Below, piece by piece: positions 52,492-60,073 of a stretch of 64,000 nucleotides of DNA. How positions within the stretch are numbered: position 1 is the stretch's first letter; the number at the start of each line of letters is the position of its first letter. The position numbers and the translations under genes are program-made. Location of the stretch: the sequence record MZ443783.1, one strand, 5' to 3'. Below the pieces are notes generated by a model. The model saw only the letters and a list, made by a program, of their open reading frames with translations, had not been told where the DNA came from and made no database searches.

Positions 52492-52937
52492 CAGTATCTC
52501 CGCGGCTTCTTAGGTTTCTTGATAGTGGATTTAGGACGCTTGATTGCTCTCAGAGCTTTACGCGCCTCAATAATCTGCTTGGACAATTCAGAGCGACGAG
52601 CCTTAATCTGGTCAGTGTCCTGCTCAGTGCCTTTGAGTTTATCAAGGCGATTCCATTCTTTGACCAGACGATCAACGACGTTGGCACGAGACACACGCTG
52701 CTGATTGGTACGCACAATGTCCTGCTGCGTCTTCACCGAATCGCGTGTACGATTAACTTCTTCACGCGCTGACTTAACGCCTTTGGTATCACCCTCAGAT
52801 TGTTTGTCGTTCAGCTTCTTACGCGCTAACTGCGAGCGGCGTTGTGCTCCCTTGAGATCATCTTTCGAATTGTCCAAGGAGACTTGAGTATCTTCGAGCG
52901 GGCTTGTACGCGCACTCAAACTGATAAGTATCTTCAT
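52491..52937 (-). CDS. Basic coiled-coil protein with MKILISLSA leader (148 aa)
   Basis: GAGGT SD; heptad-rich; KKPKKPRR tail. Confidence 0.6.
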   Translation of the reverse strand: MKILISLSARTSPLEDTQVSLDNSKDDLKGAQRRSQLARKKLNDKQSEGDTKGVKSAREEVNRTRDSVKTQQDIVRTNQQRVSRANVVDRLVKEWNRLDKLKGTEQDTDQIKARRSELSKQIIEARKALRAIKRPKSTIKKPKKPRRY

Positions 52938-52951
52938 AAGACCTCAAAACG

Positions 52952-52976
52952 AAAAAGGGCGACCCGAAGGCCACCC
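52952..52976 (-). terminator. Intrinsic terminator
   Basis: GGGTGGCC-TTCG-GGTCGCCC-TTTTT. Confidence 0.8.
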
Positions 52977-53068
52977 TGTGTAGAATGGCGCGCTATGCAC
53001 CCGACTGGTTAGGTCTACTACGATTATTTAACCTCGCAGTAGTGAGCGAGGAGATGGGGATCACCTCC

Positions 53069-53605
53069 TCATGCGGATTGAAGTTGAAGAATTTCTTCGT
53101 CTTCGATATCCGCGCCAGACCACGAACGAATCACGGATGCGTTTCCACGATTGCCTGTCAGCATCATCTTAACTGATGGCTTGGCATCGCGTTCTGCGTA
53201 ATAGTCGGCGAGAGCTTTCTCTGTACCGAACCATAAAATGGAGTGACCACCCTTAGGGCAGATCAAGAATTGAGTAGGACGTTGTGGAACGTTCAACGTC
53301 AGATAGAAGTCACCAGCGCCAGTAGGACCAAGCATTGGCATAGGCTTCATGATCTGCTGAAAGTCTCCAGCATCTTTAAGACGTGTATCGCCCAGCAACC
53401 AGATAGCACCTTCTTCGCCTTCACGCACAGCACTCAATGTGCCTTTACGTGTTGTGATAGAGCCAAAGGTGTCTTGGTCAAAACGGGCTAGACCGAAGAT
53501 GAGTGATGCGAGTTTCTTCAGGTCAGGGGTCGTGCATGGACTATCAATTTTGGCCATGCCCTCGGACCCTACTGTAATCTTCGAGAGTGATACAAAGATT
53601 TCCAT
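53069..53605 (-). CDS. Hypothetical protein with MEIFVSLSK leader (178 aa)
   Basis: GGAAG SD; class-2 motif upstream. Confidence 0.6.
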   Translation of the reverse strand: MEIFVSLSKITVGSEGMAKIDSPCTTPDLKKLASLIFGLARFDQDTFGSITTRKGTLSAVREGEEGAIWLLGDTRLKDAGDFQQIMKPMPMLGPTGAGDFYLTLNVPQRPTQFLICPKGGHSILWFGTEKALADYYAERDAKPSVKMMLTGNRGNASVIRSWSGADIEDEEILQLQSA

Positions 53606-53641
53606 ATTGTCTTCCAGAGCTGTATGATTAATTGTGATATA

Positions 53642-53648
53642 AAATTAG
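53642..53648 (-). promoter_or_regulatory. Class-2 promoter-like motif CTAATTT
   Basis: Intergenic, after a terminator, 36 nt upstream of 53605. Confidence 0.55.
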
Positions 53649-53672
53649 TGTTTGATCAGACAATTCTGAAAC

Positions 53673-53704
53673 AAAAATGGGCAGCACAAAGGCCACCCAT
53701 TTTT
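53673..53704 (-). terminator. Intrinsic terminator
   Basis: ATGGGTGGC-CTTTGT-GCTGCCCAT-TTTT. Confidence 0.8.
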
Positions 53705-53711
53705 CACTTAT

Positions 53712-54995
53712 TTACTTCTTCTTCTTTTTCTTTTCTTTCTTCGGCTTGTCGTCTTCGTCGTCTTCGCCCATCTTGACTGCCAGCTTACCTTCATAGATAT
53801 CAGCCATGAGAGTAAGCACTTTGGACTCCAACATAATGTCTGCTGGTACGGACGTTGAGTTGAAAGCTACTTCGGCATCAGCCAGTGCGGATTGCAGATA
53901 GACCATGCTAACCAGATTGACTTTGATGTTGTCTTTCTTGGTCATGTTCATGAACATCTTGAGGCCAGCCGACTGCCACTTATTAGTTTCGGCATAATGA
54001 CCTAACACGCCGTGAATAATCCAACGAGCTTTCGCAACGATTGCACGTGGGTTGTTCGCTTCACGCAGGAACTGAATAACACCAATCAGGTCCATCGCAA
54101 GATACGCACCAATCATCTGGACAGCTTTCGCTTCCATATCGATCTCTGGATCTGCTGCTGCGAGTTCGGCAACGAGGTTCTTATCGAAGTCCTCACCACC
54201 TTTCACGGACGCATAGATATTCTGCAACATGGTGATTGCGCCACGCATCTGACCACCAGCATACTCTGCAACCTGATGCAGTGCTGCTTCTGCTTTATCA
54301 CGCGCCTTATCTTTCTTCGGCATGATATCAAGCTGGTCACTGATCTCCAACAGACGCTTATGAATCACGTCAGTAGGAATCGGCCTGATAGGCAATTGCG
54401 TCATGCGACTGATCATCGTGTTCTTCATCTTCTCTGGGTTCGTTGTTACGAAGATGAATACAACGTGCGCTGGTGGCTGCTCGGTGATCTTAAGGAACTT
54501 CGATTCGGCCGCGCTCGACATGAGGTGCGATTCGTCGAAGATGAATACGCGACGTTTGAACATCGGACTCAGCGGTGCGCTGTCCACAATCTTCTGGCTA
54601 CCTTCAACCTTACCAGCATCGCCACCCATATCGAACTCTTGCTCATCAGGGTGTGCGCCACGGTCGTGCATCTCACACGAACGGCATTTGCCACAGGCCG
54701 AGAACGTGTCGCAGTTGATATACTTCGCAACCAGACGCGCAAACGTTGTTTTACCTGAACCCAAATGACCAGTAATGATCATTGTCGAGGGAATCGTTTT
54801 CGACTTCTGCCAACCCTTCATGATCTTAACGATGTGGTCTTGACCAACATAGTCTTCAATCTTCTTTGGTCGGAATTGGTCTGCAAAGTTAATCGTTGTC
54901 AGTTCAACTGACTCGGAAGAATCGCCTTTCTTTTTCTTTGGAGTATCACCACCAAAGGAACGCGACTTCTTCTTTTTCTTTTCTTCTTTAGCCAT
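53712..54995 (-). CDS. dnaX: Clamp loader ATPase, DNA polymerase III gamma/tau-like (427 aa from ATG 54995; TTG 55001 possible)
   Basis: FADQFRPKKIEDYVGQDH, GHLGSGKTTFAR, zinc motif C....CGKCRSC, FIFDESHLM, SRM, GQMRGAI. Confidence 0.88.
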   Translation of the reverse strand: MAKEEKKKKKSRSFGGDTPKKKKGDSSESVELTTINFADQFRPKKIEDYVGQDHIVKIMKGWQKSKTIPSTMIITGHLGSGKTTFARLVAKYINCDTFSACGKCRSCEMHDRGAHPDEQEFDMGGDAGKVEGSQKIVDSAPLSPMFKRRVFIFDESHLMSSAAESKFLKITEQPPAHVVFIFVTTNPEKMKNTMISRMTQLPIRPIPTDVIHKRLLEISDQLDIMPKKDKARDKAEAALHQVAEYAGGQMRGAITMLQNIYASVKGGEDFDKNLVAELAAADPEIDMEAKAVQMIGAYLAMDLIGVIQFLREANNPRAIVAKARWIIHGVLGHYAETNKWQSAGLKMFMNMTKKDNIKVNLVSMVYLQSALADAEVAFNSTSVPADIMLESKVLTLMADIYEGKLAVKMGEDDEDDKPKKEKKKKKK

Positions 54996-55032
54996 TTTCA
55001 ATTCGCCCTTAGTTCTAATGCGTTACACCAGT

Positions 55033-55041
55033 TATTTACAG
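55033..55041 (-). promoter_or_regulatory. Class-1 promoter-like motif CTGTAAATA
   Basis: Exact copy, 37 nt upstream of dnaX, after a terminator. Confidence 0.7.
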
Positions 55042-55050
55042 ATTTTAGAC

Positions 55051-55086
55051 AAAAAGAAAGGACCACATCCAAAACGGAGGGTCCTT
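55051..55086 (-). terminator. Intrinsic terminator
   Basis: AAGGACC...GGTCCTT-TCTTTTT. Confidence 0.65.
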
Positions 55087-55136
55087 ACGTGTTACAATGG
55101 TTTGAATGATAACGCATCGGCAGTGGGCGCTGTCGA

Positions 55137-55334
55137 TTAGGCAAAGCTCATCTCCCAACGCGGTACAACGCGGAAGAATTGCTTAAAGTGGGACGGTGGG
55201 TTCTGCTTGATGGACTCAAGTTTCTTTTCCACAACGTCATAATCTTTTATGCCACTCTCAACGCAGTGAGTGGTGAATGTACCGTCAGCCTCAATCAAAT
55301 CGGCGACAACACGGTAGCTTGGTTTTCTCAGCAT
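55137..55334 (-). CDS. Hypothetical protein (65 aa)
   Basis: AGGAG SD; variant motif CTGTAAACA at 55374-55382 upstream. Confidence 0.6.
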   Translation of the reverse strand: MLRKPSYRVVADLIEADGTFTTHCVESGIKDYDVVEKKLESIKQNPPSHFKQFFRVVPRWEMSFA

Positions 55335-55399
55335 CTAGTCTCCTGAAAACGAAATTCTCATTGCTCTGAATTATGTTTACAGATTACTGGAGTAGTCAC

Positions 55400-55760
55400 A
55401 AAAGAATAAAGTAAGACAAATCTTAAACTCCAATAGGGACTCGCTGGAATTCCTATTGGAGTTCACCCTCAACCGATGACGGTCGGCGGAAGGTGTTCTC
55501 CCCGTGCTTTTCGATTGCACCAGCACGGTAGCGCTTGCGGTCTTACGCTCTTGTCATGCAGCGGGCCGGCAGGGATGGTAGCATTTCCCGCCGCAAAGAG
55601 CAGCCGCTTTCGGCCATTAGCGATAACGCGGTGTTACGCTTAACGGCCCGACTCTGTGGCCGAGTCTGTACAAAAAAGAGTTCGGCCTATTCCCCAATTC
55701 GGCAAAAAGAAATAAGCCGAACTAAACAGTCAACGCACACTCCATATGCGCTGTTTTGTA
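55400..55760 (-). ncRNA. Candidate structured non-coding RNA (family unknown)
   Basis: Largest intergenic gap in the window, nearly filled by stem-loops, with class-2 motif CTAATTT at 55768-55774 pointing into it. Strand inferred from that motif only. Confidence 0.45.
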
Positions 55761-55767
55761 CTGTAAC

Positions 55768-55774
55768 AAATTAG
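55768..55774 (-). promoter_or_regulatory. Class-2 promoter-like motif CTAATTT with no CDS directly downstream
   Basis: Intergenic; the next credible start codon is more than 430 nt away. Confidence 0.45.
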
Positions 55775-55801
55775 AAACATCCTGCAATATTCAGACAATT
55801 C

Positions 55802-56389
55802 TTAGTTCAACATCGGAACAAGATTTTGCAAGAAATGTTTGCGATCAAACGAACTGATTCGGTGCGGATGATCGACGTGCATGTTCCATCCTTTGTTGAA
55901 CAGCAGCACGTTCTTCGGCAGGACAATGTTAAGGCCAACGCGAGTGAACGAATCACGAACGGCAGTCACTGGATTGTCGTCAACCAGAATCCAAGTACCT
56001 TCACCGTACTTCTCGTTCAGGTAAGCAATCTTATCAGGATGCTGGCGTGAGTCCAGACAGTCGATGTGGTCAAACAACGACAGGTGCTTCTCCAACACCT
56101 TGCGTGTGTAGCGTTCACCTTTGGCGTGATAACCACGATGCGTACAAATGCCGACACTGAAACCGTCGCGCACCAGCATTGCAACCGTTTGGATGAAGTA
56201 GTCACGCATGTTAGCTTCGAGCATGAAGCGACCGTCAGCCAGCATCTCCACGAAAGGTTCGTGACCATTCTCTGGCGTAATGTACGTGTCGGTACCTGGG
56301 TAGATTCCCCAGTTCATCAGATAGCACAGCATGAAGTTATGCGTATCGAATGCCGTGTCGTCCATGTCGAAGAAAATATATTTAATCAT
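55802..56389 (-). CDS. HAD-superfamily phosphatase, 5'(3')-deoxyribonucleotidase-like (195 aa)
   Basis: YIFFDMDDT (DxD motif I), ICTHRG, K (motif III), ILVDDNP (motif IV). Confidence 0.8.
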   Translation of the reverse strand: MIKYIFFDMDDTAFDTHNFMLCYLMNWGIYPGTDTYITPENGHEPFVEMLADGRFMLEANMRDYFIQTVAMLVRDGFSVGICTHRGYHAKGERYTRKVLEKHLSLFDHIDCLDSRQHPDKIAYLNEKYGEGTWILVDDNPVTAVRDSFTRVGLNIVLPKNVLLFNKGWNMHVDHPHRISSFDRKHFLQNLVPMLN

Positions 56390-56727
56390 TAATGCCTCGT
56401 GCTATTGCACAGAAAAGGTGTATCGTTAATGAAGCCGAGATTCAACTGACAGGCAAGGTGAGTCAGCCGCATCTCATCGGCGTTGGTTACGATCATAACG
56501 TTAGCGTATGGGTCGAGTCGGAAGTTTGGAACTTCAATCAACTCAACGTTGAATGGACCAGACTCGTTCTCATTAATGAAGTACGCGCCAAGCATCCACG
56601 TTGTACCGTTATCATCTGGAAGTAGGTGACCGATGATGCAATCCTCGTCCTGCATAACAATATGCAGTGGTCTATCGAAGTCCATATCTTCTGCACCAAA
56701 TTCAAAATGGAAATCATCATCGCTCAT
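56389..56727 (-). CDS. Acidic hypothetical protein (112 aa)
   Basis: TAATG coupling with the HAD gene. Confidence 0.55.
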   Translation of the reverse strand: MSDDDFHFEFGAEDMDFDRPLHIVMQDEDCIIGHLLPDDNGTTWMLGAYFINENESGPFNVELIEVPNFRLDPYANVMIVTNADEMRLTHLACQLNLGFINDTPFLCNSTRH

Positions 56728-56729
56728 GG

Positions 56730-57305
56730 TTACGCCCTCAGATCAACAAGTATCGACGCACTCAAATCTCGAAGCATGTCACGGCCGAGAGAGGTGTACA
56801 TCGTTTGAGAAACAACTATGCGTTCAAGGAACAGGCGGGAACCAATGACGTCCCTGCCTAACTTCTGCTGAACGAACTCAATGATTGAAGACGGAGGCTG
56901 AATGAGGAACGTGAGTATCTCGGCATCGTGGAGAACGTTACCCATCGCTGTCACAGGTCGCATTTCTGTTTCCTGATCGAGGATGTATGAGATGACTCGG
57001 TCTGCATTGCCTATGTTTGGATAGCGCTTGAAGAATCTACGCACCGCTTCTACGGTGTGCATGAAATCGTATTCCGGTCGGGTCGGCATACGAAGAAAGA
57101 GTGAAGCGAGCAACAGGTTTATTTCTAACTGCGGACCTTGTTCAATGTTCAACATCGCATGTGCGGTCAACACAACATTCAACGAGAAGTCACGAGTATA
57201 GAGCGGGTGAGAGGTCGCTGTCTGATCGAAATAGTCAAGGGCCTGACGCAACCCTTGACGTATTAACAGGTGCTCTGCTTTAATGCGGGACAGGCGTTGC
57301 ATCAC
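56730..57305 (-). CDS. Hypothetical protein, possibly a degenerate HD-domain fold (191 aa)
   Basis: FSLNVVLTA...LLLASLF...VLHDAEIL resembles the HD pattern but lacks the central HD. Confidence 0.4.
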   Translation of the reverse strand: MMQRLSRIKAEHLLIRQGLRQALDYFDQTATSHPLYTRDFSLNVVLTAHAMLNIEQGPQLEINLLLASLFLRMPTRPEYDFMHTVEAVRRFFKRYPNIGNADRVISYILDQETEMRPVTAMGNVLHDAEILTFLIQPPSSIIEFVQQKLGRDVIGSRLFLERIVVSQTMYTSLGRDMLRDLSASILVDLRA

Positions 57306-58276
57306 TCAGCGCCGCGAATCTCTTTCAGGCTATTCTTGATCGCTTTGCGCAGCGTCTTGCCTACGTCAATGCCATCAATGTGACGAGCAAACACGTTGGC
57401 GAATAGCGTGGTTGGATTCTTCATGATCGCTTTGTCGAGGTCAGGACGACCTTCTGCAATCTGCAACTCCCCTGGCCAAAGTTCTGCAACCGCCGCGCTA
57501 TCGTTAGCCGCAATCAGTTCCAGTTCACGGACCGAGATAGAGTTCTGACGTGCAATCGTACGGAAGATTATGTCAACGAAAGGCAGCATGTCTTCGCTAA
57601 CAACGTTCTTCACGTCTTTGGCATCACCAGCACGTTGGAAATCTTCCAACAGACCTTCGAGATGCGTCTGTGTGATCTTCTGGACGTTACGCAGTTTCTT
57701 GAACAGCATCATCCAGCGAACTTTACGCTTAGAACTTAGCAGGTGAGTCCACACTGATTCACCGAGTGCGATCATCAGGCGGTTGTACACGTCAACGCTC
57801 AGGCTATCACGATCAACGAAGACCGTGATCTCATCATGCCATTCATCTTTACGGAATTTGCTGCGGAACGCATGAGTCTTCGACCCGGACTGCTGGACGA
57901 AGTTGATTTGTTTGCAGCGGCGTACAGCTTCCGCCAGATGATATTTCTCAATCACCTTAGGAAGTTTCTTAACGCCGACACGACACGCTTTTGCAACTTC
58001 GGCCTCACGACCGAAAAGAGATAAACGAGGCAGTCCGCCATAAACAGGCATCGAAGCGTATGGTCTGACTGTCACGCCACACACTGACATACCTGGCTCA
58101 GGGTCTGGTCCGAGAACACACAACACATCACCAGACTTCGGACTGAACTTGATCGTCTCAGGGTCTGGCGTACTCAGCGTGTTGGCCAAAAGACCAACAG
58201 TGTTGCCGGTAGCCAGCACCAAATGGTTTTTGTTACCCTGCCTTACAACAAGGTAATCTTTTTCACTATGTTTCAT
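57302..58276 (-). CDS. Hypothetical protein (324 aa)
   Basis: Long ORF with AAAGG SD; weak zincin-like features without HExxH. Confidence 0.55.
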   Translation of the reverse strand: MKHSEKDYLVVRQGNKNHLVLATGNTVGLLANTLSTPDPETIKFSPKSGDVLCVLGPDPEPGMSVCGVTVRPYASMPVYGGLPRLSLFGREAEVAKACRVGVKKLPKVIEKYHLAEAVRRCKQINFVQQSGSKTHAFRSKFRKDEWHDEITVFVDRDSLSVDVYNRLMIALGESVWTHLLSSKRKVRWMMLFKKLRNVQKITQTHLEGLLEDFQRAGDAKDVKNVVSEDMLPFVDIIFRTIARQNSISVRELELIAANDSAAVAELWPGELQIAEGRPDLDKAIMKNPTTLFANVFARHIDGIDVGKTLRKAIKNSLKEIRGAE

Positions 58277-58284
58277 AACGACCT

Positions 58285-58815
58285 TTATAGTTGATCAACG
58301 ATGTTCATCGTGTGAACTTCCGCTGTGTAGCCCTGACGGAAGATGCGACCTTCTGCGCGGCCAGATGCCTGCTCTGCGGAAGGGACGCCCCAGCTTGTTG
58401 CAGGCTCAACCGAGATGAGTGCCTGCTCATCCCACATGTCACCGTCTTCAAGGTAGTCGGCAATCATCTGGAGAGCAGCAGGACGATCGAGGCCCAAGTG
58501 CGCAAGCTCGGCGATAATAAGTTTCGGCGCAGTGGCGTCTTTCATTTCGTCGAGTTCGTATTGCAAATCGGAAAGCGAGTTAACCTGATGGCAGTCAGCG
58601 CTAGTCAGGCCTGCATACTCGTCTTGTCCGAAATAAGCAATTGCAAAGTCAGAAACATCAAGTTGACTGGAAAAGAAATGAGGAGCGTCCACCAGAACAG
58701 AAGGCGCGGCGCTCATCTGGAGAAAACTCATGTATGGGCGTTGCATATCGTGAGCTTCTACCGAACAGGACTTCCCAGCAAGATCTTTCATTATGCTGTG
58801 TGCGAGATTATTCAT
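58285..58815 (-). CDS. Hypothetical protein (176 aa)
   Basis: GAGGT SD. Confidence 0.55.
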   Translation of the reverse strand: MNNLAHSIMKDLAGKSCSVEAHDMQRPYMSFLQMSAAPSVLVDAPHFFSSQLDVSDFAIAYFGQDEYAGLTSADCHQVNSLSDLQYELDEMKDATAPKLIIAELAHLGLDRPAALQMIADYLEDGDMWDEQALISVEPATSWGVPSAEQASGRAEGRIFRQGYTAEVHTMNIVDQL

Positions 58816-58822
58816 TGTAACC

Positions 58823-59038
58823 TCATTTCTCAGGAGTAGGAGTAAAAGGGCTGTGGGTGTACGGGGTTAACTTATCCACATACAGGAAACGAGATGAAGC
58901 ACTACTGTAACCAGAGCGTGGTGCCGATTGCTTTTTCTTGGCTTCGGCCTCACGTCTATCCAGCTCGTCAAAGATACCTACGCGACGGGCGTACTTAAAC
59001 TTCGGATGTACGGAGATATGTTTGACGATAGCTGTCAT
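58823..59038 (-). CDS. Hypothetical protein (71 aa)
   Basis: ATGA overlap with the upstream gene. Confidence 0.5.
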   Translation of the reverse strand: MTAIVKHISVHPKFKYARRVGIFDELDRREAEAKKKQSAPRSGYSSASSRFLYVDKLTPYTHSPFTPTPEK

Positions 59039-60066
59039 TTTTTATATTGTCCTGTAACAATGTAGACAAGGGATTTTTTGGAGACACGCGCATTGACGAT
59101 CAAGTATTTGAACTCTTTCGTCGGCTCAAGTTCTCCAGCCGTCACACGAACTATTGGAATGTTCTGAATCTCACCGAACGTAAGTGTCGTCCCCATCTCA
59201 TTGATTGAGCAGGAAGATGAAAGCGAAACACTATTCAACGACTTCTTTGAAATCATCGAAGGATGTTTACCGTGCTGGCGTTTGGCATCCAACCATTTTT
59301 GCCAGTCGGCTGTCGCGTGGTGCATTGAACGTTTAATCAAAGAGCGTGGAACATCGCCTTCATACTGCTTGCGAAACTCCGTAATGACTTTCGAGTCAGG
59401 AGCACCTGCGGTTACGCGTCGTTTGTCCTTAAGCGCCCCCTTCAAATGCTCTGACCAATGGTCGTAGGCAGCGCCACGGATCTGGATGTAATCATCCATC
59501 ATCTGAGCTTGCGCCAAACTACATTCAATTTCGAATGTCACCAACTTACCGCGATAGCTTGGCGTATCAGCCGAGTGCCGTTCAGCGAGTTTTGCCGCGC
59601 GTGTTTCAGCGATAAGTTTCTCTTTGATACAAGCTGCCCATGAGTACACAAACGTCAATCGCAGATCAGGACCTTGCGCCAGCAAGTCAGGACAGAACTG
59701 CATTAACAGTGGGATAGCATAACCGAGATAGCAACGACGTTCGATGAACGCGGACTTTAGGTCATCAGGATTGATTTTACCTTCACCGAGATTCGCAAAC
59801 AGTTTTCGAGACTGCTTATACGACTCGGAGATATGGGAGCCATCATACACAACATCATCAATGGTAATTCCCGACTCAATGACTTTGGTGTACGCTTCTT
59901 CGATTGTAACATCAGGCCACGTCCTGTACCCAACATCGGCCAGCAGAAAATTCTTATGGCAGAAGAACTCATACATGTGCAAAAAGTCCGCGACAGGCAG
60001 ACTTTCTGGATATACGAATTGTTTGGGCGCTTTCTTTGGCGTGATACTAGCTTTCTTCTTAATCAT
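59035..60066 (-). CDS. Fusion of an unknown N-domain and a TnpB/IS605-OrfB-like WED/REC module, lacking RuvC (343 aa)
   Basis: C-terminal ~170 aa aligns by eye to the TnpB N-terminal half (see findings); ends where the RuvC-I GIDLG motif would begin. Confidence 0.5.
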   Translation of the reverse strand: MIKKKASITPKKAPKQFVYPESLPVADFLHMYEFFCHKNFLLADVGYRTWPDVTIEEAYTKVIESGITIDDVVYDGSHISESYKQSRKLFANLGEGKINPDDLKSAFIERRCYLGYAIPLLMQFCPDLLAQGPDLRLTFVYSWAACIKEKLIAETRAAKLAERHSADTPSYRGKLVTFEIECSLAQAQMMDDYIQIRGAAYDHWSEHLKGALKDKRRVTAGAPDSKVITEFRKQYEGDVPRSLIKRSMHHATADWQKWLDAKRQHGKHPSMISKKSLNSVSLSSSCSINEMGTTLTFGEIQNIPIVRVTAGELEPTKEFKYLIVNARVSKKSLVYIVTGQYKK

Positions 60067-60073
60067 CGCTTTC

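Noticed and set aside
55470-55500. Hammerhead, RNase P or group I intron cores in the structured region
   Set aside because: CCGATGA is not CTGATGA and no valid stem II-GAAA follows; GAGGAAAGTCC and the P7 R/S consensus sequences were not found by eye. An Infernal search is still needed.
55490-55523. tRNA-like fragment (TTCGATT loop followed by GCACCA)
   Set aside because: No 5-bp T-stem around a 7-nt loop, and no D or anticodon arms at the right spacing; too short for a tRNA or tmRNA end.
55535-55774. Plus-strand 79-aa ORF within the structured gap
   Set aside because: No SD, opposite to the local gene orientation, and atypical composition; better explained as a chance ORF over a structured element.
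59035-60066. Active IS200/IS605 insertion sequence
   Set aside because: No tnpA (Y1 or serine recombinase), no RuvC motifs, no recognisable terminal hairpins; the gene is translationally coupled into a phage operon.
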